From NCBI GenBank assembly GCA_963847445.1, contig CAWJZV010000034.1:353393-417392 (forward strand): a stretch of 64,000 nucleotides of DNA, in the 5' to 3' direction. Both the position numbers and the translations under genes were made by a program. The notes under the pieces were generated by a model. That model was not told where the DNA came from. It did not search any database and saw only the letters and a list, made by a program, of their open reading frames with translations. The first letter of the stretch is position 1. Every line of letters begins with the position of its first letter. Of the stretch, positions 1 to 11,810 are shown in pieces. This DNA is from an uncultured delta proteobacterium (GTDB lineage: Bacteria; Desulfobacterota; Binatia; UBA9968).

Positions 1-2
1 TT

Positions 3-1172
3 TTCGATCAACAGAAAAATACTCTGTTCGGCTTTCTCAATCTGTTCTCGGGCGGCGCATTGGAACAGTTTTCAGTTTTTTCACTGGGCATCATGCCCTA
101 CATCAGTGCGTCGATTATTTTGCAGTTACTGACGGTAGTATTCCCCTATCTGGAAAGGCTCTCTAAGGAAGGCGAAGTCGGCCGGCGCAAGATTACTCAA
201 TACACCCGATATGGCACAGTGTTGCTGTCCATCGTCCAAGGCACGATGATCGCCATCGGCTTGGAAGGCACGCAGGGACCGGGCGGCACGCCGCTGGTGC
301 TCAACCCCGGTGTTGCCTTCCGTTTCATGACTGTGGTGACGCTCACGTCCGGCACGGCGTTTATCATGTGGCTGGGCGAGCAGATTACCGAACGCGGCAT
401 CGGCAATGGCATGTCGCTGATCATCTTTGCCGGGATTGTCGCCCGTCTGCCTTCGGCGATTTGGTCGACTTTTGAGTTCATGCGTAACGGCGAGCTCGGA
501 CCCTTGGTCGCCTTGGTGATATTGGTTCTCAGTGTCGCGATCATCGCCGCGATTATTTTCGTCGAACGCGGCCAACGGCGCATCCCGGTGCAATACGCTA
601 AACGAGTCGTTGGCCGGCGCATGTACGGCGGCATGACCTCGCACTTGCCGTTAAAAGTTAATACTGCGAACGTAATTCCGATCATCTTCGCTTCATCGGT
701 GTTAATTTTCCCGGCGACCATGGCGCAATTCGCGGCGCATCCTTGGATTCAAACAATTTCCGGTATGCTGGCGCCGGGTCAATGGCTCTATGAGATTGCC
801 CAGATGGCGCTGATTATCTTTTTCGCATTTTTCTACACGGCGGTCGTGTTTAATCCCAGTGATGTGGCCGAGAACATGAAAAAGGCTGGCGGCTACATTC
901 CCGGCATTAGACCCGGACAGAAGACCGCCGAGTTCATAGAAAAGGTGTTATCGCGCATAACCTTGAGCGGGGCGGTTTATCTCTGCTTGATCGCGTTATT
1001 GCCATCCTTGTTGGTGCAACAATTCAATGTGCCTTTTTATTTTGGCGGAACCGCGCTGTTGATCGTGGTCGGCGTCGGCTTGGACACGGTGGCGCAGATG
1101 GAAACCCATCTGATCAGCAGGAACTATGAAGGCTTCATGAAGCGTGGTAGGTTGCGCGGCAGAAAGGGCTAA
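3..1172 (+). CDS. secY: Preprotein translocase subunit SecY (5' truncated by window edge)
   Basis: Motifs [38 protein letters not shown] and [12 protein letters not shown]. The frame stays open from position 3 ([20 protein letters not shown]). Confidence 0.99.
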   Translation, partial: FDQQKNTLFGFLNLFSGGALEQFSVFSLGIMPYISASIILQLLTVVFPYLERLSKEGEVGRRKITQYTRYGTVLLSIVQGTMIAIGLEGTQGPGGTPLVLNPGVAFRFMTVVTLTSGTAFIMWLGEQITERGIGNGMSLIIFAGIVARLPSAIWSTFEFMRNGELGPLVALVILVLSVAIIAAIIFVERGQRRIPVQYAKRVVGRRMYGGMTSHLPLKVNTANVIPIIFASSVLIFPATMAQFAAHPWIQTISGMLAPGQWLYEIAQMALIIFFAFFYTAVVFNPSDVAENMKKAGGYIPGIRPGQKTAEFIEKVLSRITLSGAVYLCLIALLPSLLVQQFNVPFYFGGTALLIVVGVGLDTVAQMETHLISRNYEGFMKRGRLRGRKG

Positions 1173-1175
1173 ATC

Positions 1176-1841
1176 TTGGCTGCCAGTGCACGTGTGGTTC
1201 TGCTGGGTCCTCCGGGGGCGGGTAAGGGCACCCAGGCAAAGTTGCTTGAGCAGGAATTCGGCGCGGTTCAGATCTCCACCGGAGACATCCTGCGCAAAGC
1301 CGTAGCCGACCAATCGCCGCTCGGTAAGCAAGCTGGAGATTATATCAGGCGCGGGGCTTTGGTGCCCGACCATTTGATTATAGACCTCATCGCCGAACGA
1401 TTGCAGCAGGCGGATTGCGCTCAGGGATTTCTGCTAGACGGTTTTCCCCGGACGATCCCTCAGGCCGAAAGCCTAGATGGGCTGCTTAAGAAATTGGCGC
1501 TGAGCTTGAATTGTGTTCTGTCGGTTCAGGTGCCGAGACCAGTCATTATCGAACGGCTGGCGGGAAGGCGGACTTGCAAAAAGTGCGGTGCGCTGTGTCA
1601 TATGGCCTTCGACCCACCGAAGCAAGACGGAGTTTGCGACCACTGCGGCGGCGAATTATTTCAGCGCGAAGATGATAGGGAAGAGACCATTGCCAACCGT
1701 TTAACCGTCTATGATGCTCAGACCGCACCTCTGGTCGATTATTATCGTCGCCGGGGTGTATTACGAGAGATCGACGGTGTTGGCAGCATAGATGAAATCC
1801 GCGCCCGGGTCATGAAAGCCTTGGGAGGAATGGCGCCGTGA
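1176..1841 (+). CDS. adk: Adenylate kinase (Zn-lid type)
   Basis: P-loop GPPGAGKGTQA, DGFPRT and CxxC...CxxC lid; follows secY. Confidence 0.98.
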   Translation: MAASARVVLLGPPGAGKGTQAKLLEQEFGAVQISTGDILRKAVADQSPLGKQAGDYIRRGALVPDHLIIDLIAERLQQADCAQGFLLDGFPRTIPQAESLDGLLKKLALSLNCVLSVQVPRPVIIERLAGRRTCKKCGALCHMAFDPPKQDGVCDHCGGELFQREDDREETIANRLTVYDAQTAPLVDYYRRRGVLREIDGVGSIDEIRARVMKALGGMAP

Positions 1842-2596
1842 TTTCGCTCAAATCGGCTCGTGAAATCGAGATCATGAGAAGAGCGAATGTGATCGTTGCC
1901 GAGGTTCTCCAGGAGCTTAAAAAGCGCGTGGCGCCGGGTATCACAACTTTGGATTTGGACGCCATTGCCGAAAATATGACGCTGAGCCGCAAGGCGATTC
2001 CGGCATTCAAGGGTTATAACGTCGCCGGCCGGGTTTATCCGTGCTGCCTGTGTGCTTCGGTCAATGACGAGATCGTTCATGGTATCCCGTCAAACCGCCC
2101 TTTGCGCGAAGGCGATATTGTCGGCCTCGACTATGGGGTCATTTATGACGGCTTCTACGGCGACTCAGCGATGACCGTGGCGGTCGGCAAAATAGGCGCA
2201 GCGGCGCAAAAGTTATTGGACGTGACCGAGGCATCGCTCTACGCAGGAATCGAGCAGCTTCATGAGGGCAAACGATTGGGCGATCTCGGCGCGGCGGTGC
2301 AAAAGATTGCAGAGGATGCAGGCTACTCCGTCGTCCGCGCTTTTGTCGGTCATGGCATCGGCAAGAAGCTCCACGAGGAGCCGCCGGTACCGAACTACGG
2401 CGAAAAAGACCGTGGCCTGCGCTTAAAAGAAGGCATGGTCCTGGCGGTGGAGCCGATGGTCAATATAGGCGGTTACGAGGTCGAAATTAAAGAAGACGGT
2501 TGGACGGCGGTGACCAAAGATGGTAGCTTGGCCGCCCATTTCGAGCACTCGATAGCGATCACTAAGAACGGTCCGTATATTTTGAGTCAACTTTAG
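1838..2596 (+). CDS. map: Methionine aminopeptidase type I
   Basis: Motifs [20 protein letters not shown] and AHFEHS. Confidence 0.98.
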   Translation: MISLKSAREIEIMRRANVIVAEVLQELKKRVAPGITTLDLDAIAENMTLSRKAIPAFKGYNVAGRVYPCCLCASVNDEIVHGIPSNRPLREGDIVGLDYGVIYDGFYGDSAMTVAVGKIGAAAQKLLDVTEASLYAGIEQLHEGKRLGDLGAAVQKIAEDAGYSVVRAFVGHGIGKKLHEEPPVPNYGEKDRGLRLKEGMVLAVEPMVNIGGYEVEIKEDGWTAVTKDGSLAAHFEHSIAITKNGPYILSQL

Positions 2597-2634
2597 AGTT
2601 CAGGAGAAGGCGGCGAGGGAATCCCGATTTAGCT

Positions 2635-2853
2635 ATGGCAAAACAAGACGCCATCGAAGTCACCGGTACGGTGCTAGAGACCTTGCCCAACGCCATGTTC
2701 CGGGTGGAGTTGGACAACCATCATAAGGTGCTAGCCCATATATCGGGGAAAATGCGCATGCACTACATCAAAATTCTGCCGGGAGACAAAGTGAAGATCG
2801 AGCTTTCTCCCTACGATTTGGCGCGCGGACGCATCGTCTTCCGCGAGCGTTAG
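2635..2853 (+). CDS. infA: Translation initiation factor IF-1
   Basis: [10 protein letters not shown]...[15 protein letters not shown]. Confidence 0.99.
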   Translation: MAKQDAIEVTGTVLETLPNAMFRVELDNHHKVLAHISGKMRMHYIKILPGDKVKIELSPYDLARGRIVFRER

Positions 2854-2867
2854 CAAGAGGAGACATC

Positions 2868-2981
2868 GTGAAGGTTAGAGCGTCAGTCAAAAAGATTTGC
2901 AACAAATGCAAGGTGATTCGCCGTAAGGGCGTGGTGCGGGTATTGTGCGAAAATACCAAGCACAAACAACGGCAGGGCTAA
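2868..2981 (+). CDS. rpmJ: 50S ribosomal protein L36 (not in ORF track)
   Basis: GTG after GAGGAG gives [37 protein letters not shown] (37 aa, Zn-ribbon form). Confidence 0.98.
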   Translation: MKVRASVKKICNKCKVIRRKGVVRVLCENTKHKQRQG

Positions 2982-3034
2982 GTTTTTTTAAATTTAAAAT
3001 CGGTAGTATGAAATTCCGAACCTAGTGAGGATCT

Positions 3035-3415
3035 ATGGCACGTATCGCAGGGGTGGACTTACCCAGAGCCAAACGCATGGAAATCGCGCTCACTTATGTC
3101 TACGGCATTGGCCGCAGCACATCGCGCGATATCCTAACTGCGGCGGGCGTTTCTCTGGATTTGCGCAGCGACGATTTGAGCGACGACGATGTCGCTAAAA
3201 TTCGCCAGGTGCTCGATCAGAGTTACAAAGTTGAAGGCGATCTGCGCCGCGAGGTGACGGGTAACATCAAACGGCACTTGGATATGGGTTCCTATCGCGG
3301 TATGCGCCATCGCAAGAATTTGCCGGTGCGGGGCCAGCGTACCCATACCAACGCGCGCACCCGCAAGGGGCCGCGCAAAACCGTCGCCGGCAAAAAAACC
3401 GCGCCGACAAAGTAA
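3035..3415 (+). CDS. rpsM: 30S ribosomal protein S13
   Basis: [10 protein letters not shown] and [17 protein letters not shown]. Confidence 0.99.
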   Translation: MARIAGVDLPRAKRMEIALTYVYGIGRSTSRDILTAAGVSLDLRSDDLSDDDVAKIRQVLDQSYKVEGDLRREVTGNIKRHLDMGSYRGMRHRKNLPVRGQRTHTNARTRKGPRKTVAGKKTAPTK

Positions 3416-3438
3416 AATAGATAATTTAGGAGAATCTC

Positions 3439-3879
3439 ATGGCAGATGCTGCGGATGAAAAGAAGAGCGAAGCGCCAGCGGGCGACGCCAAAACCGCCGA
3501 CCGGGCGGCGCGCAAGCGGCGCGGCCGCAAGAATATCGCCGAGGGTGTGGTCCATATCCATTCGACTTTCAATAACACCATCGTGACGATTTCGGATTAT
3601 CAGGGCAATGTGATTTCGTGGTCCAGCGCCGGCGCGATGGGTTTCAAAGGATCGCGCAAGGGCACACCGTTCGCCGCCCAGCAAGCCGCCGATAGCGCCG
3701 CTAAAAAAGCTATGGATCATGGGTTACGCACGGTCCAGATCTATGTCCGTGGCCCCGGCGCAGGACGTGAGTCGGCGCTGCGCGCCTTGCAGTCTGCGGG
3801 TATCAGCATCAGTCTGATCAAAGACGTTACGCCGATCCCGCACAACGGTTGCCGCCCGCCTAAACGCCGGCGGGTTTGA
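3439..3879 (+). CDS. rpsK: 30S ribosomal protein S11 (N-terminal extension)
   Basis: [18 protein letters not shown] and [18 protein letters not shown]. Confidence 0.99.
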   Translation: MADAADEKKSEAPAGDAKTADRAARKRRGRKNIAEGVVHIHSTFNNTIVTISDYQGNVISWSSAGAMGFKGSRKGTPFAAQQAADSAAKKAMDHGLRTVQIYVRGPGAGRESALRALQSAGISISLIKDVTPIPHNGCRPPKRRRV

Positions 3880-3900
3880 TCATTACAGGAGGAAGCAGGT

Positions 3901-4527
3901 TTGGCTAGATATATTGAATCCGTGTGCCGTCTTTGCCGGCGCGAGAATCTTAAGCTCTTTCTCAAAGGTGAGCGGTGTTATACCGACAAGTGCGCCATCG
4001 AACGGCGTACCTACCCGCCCGGCGAGCATGGCCAGGGCCGGCCGAAGTTCTCGGAATACAGCCTGCAGCTGCGTGAGAAGCAAAAAGTGAAGCGCATGTA
4101 CGGCCTATTGGAAAACCAATTCCGCCGCACATTCACCGAAGCGGCGCGTACCAAAGGAATTACCGGTGAGACCTTGTTGGTGCTGCTTGAACGGCGGCTC
4201 GACAATGTCACCTACCGGGTGGGCTTTGCCAGCTCGAGAGCCGAAGCGCGCTCCTTGGTGCGCCATGGCCATATCTTAGTGAACGGCAAGAAGGTGAACA
4301 TTCCGTCTTTTACGGTTCGCGTTGGCGATGTGATTGCCGTCAAGGAACCGAGCCGGCAGATCACCCGGGTGATGTCGGCGTTGGAAGGGTCGCAGCGCCG
4401 CGGCGTGCCCGATTGGGCCGAAGTCGATCGTGAAGCGTTCACCGGGCGCATCAAGATCCTGCCGACGCGCAGCGATATCACCATGCCGATCAACGAAAAA
4501 CTGATCGTAGAATTGTATTCGAAATAA
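3901..4527 (+). CDS. rpsD: 30S ribosomal protein S4
   Basis: CRLCRRE, QLREKQK and LERRLDNV. Confidence 0.99.
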   Translation: MARYIESVCRLCRRENLKLFLKGERCYTDKCAIERRTYPPGEHGQGRPKFSEYSLQLREKQKVKRMYGLLENQFRRTFTEAARTKGITGETLLVLLERRLDNVTYRVGFASSRAEARSLVRHGHILVNGKKVNIPSFTVRVGDVIAVKEPSRQITRVMSALEGSQRRGVPDWAEVDREAFTGRIKILPTRSDITMPINEKLIVELYSK

Positions 4528-4549
4528 GCAGCGAATCTTGGGAGACGAT

Positions 4550-5572
4550 ATGTCGACAATGTACAAGCATTGGACGGAGCTGATCAAACCCAAACAGTTG
4601 GAGGTGGAAGAGCGAACTCTGACCGCGACGTTTGGCCGTTTCACGGCGGAACCGTTCGAGCGTGGGTTCGGCCAAACCATCGGCAACTCGGTGCGCCGGA
4701 TTCTCTTGTCCTCGCTGATGGGCGCCTCCATCGTCGCGGTGCGCATCAAAGGCGTTTTGCACGAATTCTCCACGGTGGCCGGGGTCACGGAGGATGTTGC
4801 CGAAATCATTCTAAATTTAAAAGAAGTTCGCCTGCGGCTGAACGAGGGTGAACAAGCTACGCTGAAGATCGATGCGAAAGGTCCAGGCGTCGTGTGTGCC
4901 AAGGATATCGGCGGATCGGCGGCGGTCGACATCCTCAATCCCGATCACAAGATCGCGACGCTCTCGCGCGACGGCAGGCTCGACATGGAATTGTTGGTTA
5001 AGCTCGGGCGCGGCTATGTGCCGGCCGAGCGTAACAAAGAAGAGAGCGCGCCGGTGGACACGATCTTTATCGACGCGATTTTTTCGCCGGTGCTTAAGGT
5101 CAACTTCACGGTTTCCAACGCGCGGGTCGGCCAGCGTACCGATTATGATCGCTTGGTGTTCGAAGTCCACACCGACGGCAGCGTCAAGCCCGACGACGCG
5201 ATGGCCTTCGCGGCGAAAATCCTCCAGGACCAGGTGAGCATTTTCGTCAACTTCCAAGACGAACCGCGGCCGGAAAAGCGTGACGACGGTCCATCGATCC
5301 CGCTCAACGAAAATCTGTTTCGCAGCGTCGACGAGCTCGAATTTTCAGTGCGTTCGCAGAACTGCTTGCAAAACGCCGATATCAAATACATCGGCGAGCT
5401 GGTGCAGAAGAGCGAACACGAGATGCTGCGGACGAAAAATTTTGGCCATAAATCTTTGAACGAGATCAAGGAGATCCTGCGCGAGATGGGCCTGGAGCTG
5501 GGCATGAAAGTGGATCACTTTCCGTCTCGCTCGGAAGTCGAAGCGCGCAAGCGCAGTCCTGACAAGGAGTAA
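4550..5572 (+). CDS. rpoA: RNA polymerase subunit alpha
   Basis: [22 protein letters not shown] and [11 protein letters not shown]. Start placed at the ATG after GGAGA. Confidence 0.99.
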   Translation: MSTMYKHWTELIKPKQLEVEERTLTATFGRFTAEPFERGFGQTIGNSVRRILLSSLMGASIVAVRIKGVLHEFSTVAGVTEDVAEIILNLKEVRLRLNEGEQATLKIDAKGPGVVCAKDIGGSAAVDILNPDHKIATLSRDGRLDMELLVKLGRGYVPAERNKEESAPVDTIFIDAIFSPVLKVNFTVSNARVGQRTDYDRLVFEVHTDGSVKPDDAMAFAAKILQDQVSIFVNFQDEPRPEKRDDGPSIPLNENLFRSVDELEFSVRSQNCLQNADIKYIGELVQKSEHEMLRTKNFGHKSLNEIKEILREMGLELGMKVDHFPSRSEVEARKRSPDKE

Positions 5573-5580
5573 TCTTTACC

Positions 5581-6030
5581 ATGCGTCATCTCAAATCCGG
5601 CCGGCAGCTGAGCCGCAACTCGAGCCATCGCTGGGCCTTGATGCGCAATCTGATCACCGCGCTGTTGCGCGAGGAAAAGATTCAAACCACCGACCCCAAG
5701 GCCAAAGAATTGCGCCGTTGGGTAGAACGGGTCATCACCCTCGGCAAACGCGGCGACTTGCACGCGCGCCGTCAGGCGGCGAGCATCCTCTTCGACAAAA
5801 CCGTGGTGCAAAAACTTTTCGACACCATCGGTCCACGTTTCAAGGACCGGCCAGGCGGTTACACCAGAATCATCAAGCTGGGGGTTCGCCATGGCGATGC
5901 CGCACAGCTGGCATTGATCGAGCTGGTCGGTAACGAAGCCGGCGCTGAAGCCTCATCGGGTGGGGCGAAAAAAGGCCGCCGCGCACGACGCCGCGAACGT
6001 GAACAGCAGCAACAAGTCGCCGCCGCTTAG
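5581..6030 (+). CDS. rplQ: 50S ribosomal protein L17
   Basis: [12 protein letters not shown] and [12 protein letters not shown]. Confidence 0.99.
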   Translation: MRHLKSGRQLSRNSSHRWALMRNLITALLREEKIQTTDPKAKELRRWVERVITLGKRGDLHARRQAASILFDKTVVQKLFDTIGPRFKDRPGGYTRIIKLGVRHGDAAQLALIELVGNEAGAEASSGGAKKGRRARRREREQQQQVAAA

Positions 6031-6318
6031 CAATCGTCCCTGACAATTGACTTCGATCAGATCCGTCGCCGGCGACCATCAAGCTGGCGGGCGGTTGTGG
6101 TTCGTGTTGGCTGCTTAGCCGAGCCAAGTCGGGCTCGTAAGTGGTTGATGCGCCAATGGTTTTTCCAGATTTGACGTACTGTTCGATATGTCAGTGACGG
6201 GCCCTTGCGCTTCGAGTCGGAATGGCGTATTTATCCGGCGCGGATTTCAGTGATAATTTCGGTGATGTTTGTGCCGATACCTCGCACCATGAAAAACTAC
6301 TAACTCGGCGAACGCGTA

Positions 6319-7218
6319 ATGTCCATCGGCACATTTTCACAACTCGAATCAGAATCCATCGAAATCTTCCGCGAGGTGGCGGCGACGGCGGCTCGGCCGG
6401 TGATGCTCTACTCCATCGGCAAGGACTCCTCGGTGATGTTGCGGTTGGCGCAGAAGGCCTTTTATCCGGGCCCGATGCCGTTCCCGCTGCTGCATATCGA
6501 TACCGGTTGGAAGTTTCGTGAGATGATCGCCTTCCGCGACCGGGTTGTCGAAGAAATCGGCTGCCAATTGATTCGCTATACCAATCCGCGCGGTGCTGCC
6601 GAAGGGATAGGTCCGTTCACCCATGGCTCGGCATTTCATACCGATGTCATGAAGACCGAAGCGCTGAAGCAAGCGCTCGATCTGCACGGCTTCGACGTTG
6701 CTTTCGGCGGCGCCCGGCGCGATGAGGAGAAGTCGCGCGCCAAGGAAAGAATTTTTTCCTTCCGTGCGCCGGGCCATCGCTGGGAGCCCAAAGCCCAGCG
6801 GCCTGAACTGTGGAACCTGTACAACACGCGAATCCATCCAGGCGAATCGATCCGGGTATTTCCTTTGTCCAATTGGACCGAGGCGGATATTTGGGGCTAC
6901 ATTCAGCAGGAACAGATTCCCATCGTGCCGCTCTATTTCGCGGCCCCGCGACCAGTGGTTCAACGCTACGGCCAATGGATCATGGTTGACGACCATAGGC
7001 TGCCACTCGAACCGGGGGAGGCCCCCGAGCTGCGCCTGGTGCGTTTTCGTACCCTCGGCTGCTATCCGCTGACGGCGGCTGTCGAAAGCAGCGCCGTTAC
7101 CCTTACGGAGATCGTCGCCGAAACTCTCGGCGCGACCACATCGGAGCGCCAAGGGCGGGTGATCGATCACGACGGCGCCGGCTCCATGGAGCGAAAAAAA
7201 CAGGAAGGGTATTTTTAA
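6319..7218 (+). CDS. cysD: Sulfate adenylyltransferase subunit 2 (CysD/NodP)
   Basis: [25 protein letters not shown] and [11 protein letters not shown]. Confidence 0.97.
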   Translation: MSIGTFSQLESESIEIFREVAATAARPVMLYSIGKDSSVMLRLAQKAFYPGPMPFPLLHIDTGWKFREMIAFRDRVVEEIGCQLIRYTNPRGAAEGIGPFTHGSAFHTDVMKTEALKQALDLHGFDVAFGGARRDEEKSRAKERIFSFRAPGHRWEPKAQRPELWNLYNTRIHPGESIRVFPLSNWTEADIWGYIQQEQIPIVPLYFAAPRPVVQRYGQWIMVDDHRLPLEPGEAPELRLVRFRTLGCYPLTAAVESSAVTLTEIVAETLGATTSERQGRVIDHDGAGSMERKKQEGYF

Positions 7219-9046
7219 TGGATACCCTGCGCTTCATTACCTGCGGCAGCGTCGACGACGGCAAGTCGACGCTGATCGGCCGCTTGCTTTACGAGACCAA
7301 GTTAATCTTCGAAGATCAGCTCGAAGCGCTCAAGGCCGACTCGAAGAAATTCGGCACCCAGGGCGAGCGCCTCGATTTCGCGCTGCTCGTCGACGGCTTG
7401 CAGGCCGAACGTGAGCAAGGCATTACCATCGATGTTGCCTACCGTTTCTTCTCAACGTCCAAGCGGCGCTTCATCGTCGCCGATACACCCTGGTCACGAG
7501 CAATACACGCGCAACATGGCCACCGGCGCATCCACCGCTGACGCGGCAGTGCTGCTGATCGACGCGCGCAAAGGCGTGCTGGCGCAGACCAAACGGCACA
7601 GCCGGATCGCGGCGATGTTTGGCGTTCGTCATATCGCCCTGGCGGTCAACAAGATGGACCTGGTGGACTGGTCGCAGTCCAGGTTTGAAGAAATTGATGC
7701 AGCCTACCGACAGTTCGCGCAGGACTTAGAGTTCAGCAGCATCACGGCGATCCCGCTGTCAGCACTTGAAGGGCAGAATATTCTTGAACCAGCCCCAGCG
7801 ACGATGCCTTGGTATCATGGCCAGAGTTTGCTGCACTGGCTGGAAACCGTGCCCAGCGCTGAACGCCAATCTACACAACCATTCACGATGCCCGTGCAGT
7901 GGGTCAATCGTCCCAACCTGGATTTTCGCGGCTTCTCTGGACGCATCGGCAGCGGTTCGGTTAGACCGGGCGATCGCGTGCGTGTCAGTCCTTCAGGGGT
8001 TGTCAGCGGCGTCAAGGAAATCTCGGTTTGGGGTGGCCCCCTGCCAGAGGCCGATGCTGGCGATTCGGTGACGCTGGTGCTGGAGGATGAAGTCGACGCC
8101 AGCCGCGGCGATGTCATTGCCGCGGCTGACCAGCCTGTCGAAGTGGCCGATCAGTTCGAAGGCGAGATTCTTTGGATGAGCGAGCATCCGATGTTGCCGG
8201 GGCGATCCTATGCCGGGCAAATTCACAGCAAGTCCGCCAATGTGAGCATCACCGACATCAAGCATCGTCTCGACATCAACAGCGGCGCGCGCCTTGCCGC
8301 CAAAGCGCTGGGCTTGAACGAGATCGCCACCGTCAATATCAGTTTCGACCGTCCGGTGCCCTATACCGCCTATCGCGACAACCACCGGTTGGGCGCGTTT
8401 ATATTAATCGACAAGCTGACCCATGAGACGGTCTGCGCCGGCGTAATTCATTTTGCCCTGCGCCGCGCCGTCAATGTGCATTGGCAGGCGCTCGAAGTGA
8501 CCAAACCGGCGCGCGCCGGCTTGAAGCAGCAGCAGCCGCGCTGCTTGTGGTTTACCGGTCTTGTCGGGCTCGGGCAAATCGACCGTCGCCAACTTGTTGG
8601 AAAAACGCTTACACGCCGACGGCCGACACACTTACATCCTTGACGGCGACAACGTGCGCCACGGTCTCAACCGTGACTTAGGCTTCACCGAGGCCGATCG
8701 GGTCGAAAACATTCGGCGCATCGGCGAAGTGGCGAAACTGCTGGTGGACGCCGGCCTGATCGTTATCGTTTCTTTCATTTCACCGTACCGAGCCGAACGC
8801 CAACTGGCGCGCGGCTTGTTCGAGTCCGGCGAGTTCGTCGAAATTTTCGTCGACACGCCGTTGGAGGAATGCGAACGCCGCGATGTCAAAGGCCTCTATG
8901 CCAAGGCCCGGCGCGGCGAGCTCAAAAACTTTACCGGCATCGACAGCGACTACGAAGCGCCCGAAGCGCCGGAGATTCACTTGCGCACGTTAGAGGCCAA
9001 GCCGGAAGTCTGCGTCGAGCGGATTGTCGAATGGCTGCGCTCGTGA
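7218..9046 (+). CDS. cysNC: Bifunctional sulfate adenylyltransferase subunit 1 / APS kinase (CysNC, NodQ-like); two apparent frameshifts (~7490, ~8560)
   Basis: [12 protein letters not shown] and [13 protein letters not shown] are split across frames; [12 protein letters not shown] and the [13 protein letters not shown] kinase motif follow in a third frame. Confidence 0.93.
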
Positions 9047-9278
9047 CGTAAGAAGTTTTGCGAGGATCACCAAGACATCCCGACTCTCTTTGCATCCCAG
9101 TTCTGAGGCGCAAGCGCGCGACGGCAAATTTGATTGAACTCAATAATCAAACAATTCCTGGCGCTATTGTGACCGCACCCTCGTGATCGCCTTGGCAACT
9201 TCAGCATCCCAGCGTTGCCTCTTGTGGAACCAGCCATCCCGTCTTTTGTTCACCGATTAGTCGTGATAGTTAAACGCC

Positions 9279-9659
9279 GTGGCGGAAAATGACACTGGCG
9301 TATTGCGCCGCTCGCTTAACGATTTTCTCGCGATTCAGCTCGACGATACGGCACTGGCTCGATTGAGCTGGCGCGACTTCGGCAATGGGCTGGAGATGTC
9401 GCGCTTGGCGCGCCAAGGCAAGCGCGAGTTGGTGCTCTATCGCATCGCGGCCGATGCTTCGCCCGAAGCTTTTGTGAAGCATGAACATGTGGGCGGCGAG
9501 TTTTACCTGGTGCTCAAGGGTAAGATCGGCGATGAGACCGGCGAGTACGAATCCGGCGACGTGGTGTTTCTCGATCCCCAGTCGGTGCATACGCCGCGGG
9601 CGATTGGCGAGACGGTCGTGCTGGTTCTATGGCCGGCAGGCGTGCGGCTGGTAGACTGA
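9279..9659 (+). CDS. Cupin domain protein (ChrR-like)
   Basis: Cupin metal motifs HEHVGGEFYLVLKG and SVHTP. Confidence 0.75.
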   Translation: MAENDTGVLRRSLNDFLAIQLDDTALARLSWRDFGNGLEMSRLARQGKRELVLYRIAADASPEAFVKHEHVGGEFYLVLKGKIGDETGEYESGDVVFLDPQSVHTPRAIGETVVLVLWPAGVRLVD

Positions 9660-9692
9660 TTATCAATTCACCTGAATTTCTCGGGAGGCAAC

Positions 9693-10571
9693 ATGGCAAA
9701 TCTAGGATTCATCGGCACCGGCGGCATGGGCAGCGGCATGGCTGCCAACTTGATCAAGGCCGGCAATAAGTTAGTCATCACCGATCTGCGCCGCGAGCAG
9801 TGCCAGGGCTTGGAAGGCCAGGGCGCGGTATTCAAAGACTCGCCCAAAGCGGTAGCGGAATCATGCGACGTGGTGTGCTCGATGTTGCCTTACAATCAAG
9901 CCGTGCAAGCCGTCGGCTTGGGCAAAGGTGGACTGCATGAAGCGACCAGCGGCGCGAAAACATGGATCGATTTCAGCAGCATCGACAAAAAGACCATCGT
10001 CGGCGTCGAAGCTGAGCTTGTGAAAAAGGGCTGGACAATTCTGGATGGTTCAGCGGGCGGGGTCGAAGAGGCGGCTGCGGCCGGTACTTTGTCGCTTTGG
10101 CTATCGGGATCTAAAGCGGTGTTCGACCAGCACCAGGATATCTTCAAGGCGATGGGCAACAAGATTATTTTCGTCGGCGAACTGGGCAACGCCAAGCTGG
10201 TGAAAAACGCCATGGCGATGTTCGCCGCGGTGCAGCACTTGAGTCTGGCTGAGACCTGCGCTTGGCTGAAAAAGGGCGGTCTCAGCGAAGACACCTTTCG
10301 CACGATCTTGAAAAATTCCCAGCAGGATTCGGTCGCCATCGACCGGATCATGGAGATCGTCGTCAGCAAGAAGTACAAGCCGCGCAAGTCGTGGATGCCC
10401 AAGGACGTCGGCTTCGGTCTCGACATGGCGCGCGAGATGGAAGTGCCGATGCCGTTCGTCGCCTTGGCCTACCAGATGTTTTCCATCGCCCAGGCCACCG
10501 GCCAGGACGGCTATGAAGCCACCGGCATCGCCTGCAACGTCTACGACATCATCACCGGGGCGAAAAAATAG
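9693..10571 (+). CDS. NAD(P)-dependent beta-hydroxyacid dehydrogenase family protein
   Basis: Rossmann motif GFIGTGGMGSGMAANL, AAAGTL, catalytic Lys (AKLVKN) and KDVG. Confidence 0.88.
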   Translation: MANLGFIGTGGMGSGMAANLIKAGNKLVITDLRREQCQGLEGQGAVFKDSPKAVAESCDVVCSMLPYNQAVQAVGLGKGGLHEATSGAKTWIDFSSIDKKTIVGVEAELVKKGWTILDGSAGGVEEAAAAGTLSLWLSGSKAVFDQHQDIFKAMGNKIIFVGELGNAKLVKNAMAMFAAVQHLSLAETCAWLKKGGLSEDTFRTILKNSQQDSVAIDRIMEIVVSKKYKPRKSWMPKDVGFGLDMAREMEVPMPFVALAYQMFSIAQATGQDGYEATGIACNVYDIITGAKK

Positions 10572-10581
10572 CGAGGGTAAC

Positions 10582-11117
10582 GTGGCGCTGGCAGCGGAAC
10601 GATTGTCGCGCTTTTTGACGTTTCTCTTGCGCCACAAGCCCAAGGATTATCCTTTGGCGATCGACAGCGAGGGTTTTGCGCCGTGGCAGGATGTTGTCGA
10701 TCTGGTGCGGCAGCGCTTTTACGATGTCAGCGAGGGCAGATGCGCGCGCTGATCGCCGGTGGGCGAAAAAGCGTTTCGAGATTCGCGGCGACAAAGTGCG
10801 CGCGACCTACGGCCATTCGTTTCCCGTCGATCTCGGCGGCAGCTTGGCCGAGCCGCCAGCCGAGCTTTATTTCGCCGCGGCGCGCGACCTGGCAAAGTCG
10901 ATGCTCCACCGCGGCCTCGAACCGCGCGACCGTCAGTATGTGCATTTGAGCGTCACGGCGGAGGAGGCCGAGTCGGTGGCGCGGCGCCATGATCCGGCGC
11001 CGTCGGTTCTTGTCATCGACGCCCAGGCCGCATACTCCGAAGGAGTGCGTTTCTACGAGTCCGGGCCGCTGTTCTTGGCTGAGCAACGTGCCCGCGAAGT
11101 TTTTGTCGTTGCGCTAG
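10582..11117 (+). CDS. kptA: RNA 2'-phosphotransferase (KptA/Tpt1 family), frameshifted
   Basis: LSRFLTFLLRHKP, KKRFE, RATYGHS, RQYVHLS and VPAKFL pieced together across frames. Confidence 0.85.
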
Positions 11118-11162
11118 CCGTAAGCCCTTCGATTGGTTGCCAAGCCATGCGCGCTAACCCGC

Positions 11163-11631
11163 ATGGTTAAAACCCCCGGCGATTATCCCCCCAGTTTGCC
11201 GGACCGCGCCGGAAGATACGTTAGCGTAATTCACAAAGCGATTCGCGCCGCAGTACCCAAGCTCAAGCCGGATATTTTGCATGTCATGCTCGGTTACGGC
11301 CCATTCCACTATAAGCACGCCAGCGGCCACGAGGGCGATTGGTTCGTCGTCGGTCTAGCCAGCCAGAAGAATTACGTCAGCCGGTATATCTGTGCCTGTG
11401 ACAAGAACGGCTATCTTGCCGAGAAGAACAAAAGCCGGCTGCGGCGAAGTTCCCGTCGGCCGCAGCTGCATACGCTTCAAGAAGCTCGAAGACTTGAATT
11501 TGAAGGTGGCGATGGGGTTAGTCAAGAAAGCCGCGGCGTTGGTGCGGAAGCTGGGCGGGTTTTCGCTGGGCCAGTTCGGAATTTCAGCGGATGAGCCGGC
11601 TTCGGGCCGGGGAAGGGATTTCGGGCGATAA
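11163..11631 (+). CDS. DUF1801/YdhG-like protein, frameshifted
   Basis: MLGYGPFHYKHASGHEGDWFVVGLASQKNYVS continues as GRSCIRFKKLEDL in another frame. Confidence 0.7.
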
Positions 11632-11810
11632 TTGGCGGGAGCATAATTCACCTGCGGTTGGATGAAGCACGGATTGATGGCAGTTAGAAGTTCGGTTTGC
11701 ACGGGACATTTCATTCAGTTACATTGCTTCATCGTTAGTCGTTCATCCCAAAAAATTTCAATTGAATCCTCTGGCCTGGCGGTAGTGGCGGCGGATATTT
11801 AAAAAGCGCG

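Noticed and set aside
3439-3530. N-terminal extension of S11 and poly-Q tail of L17
   Set aside because: Variable low-complexity extensions are common in these ribosomal proteins.
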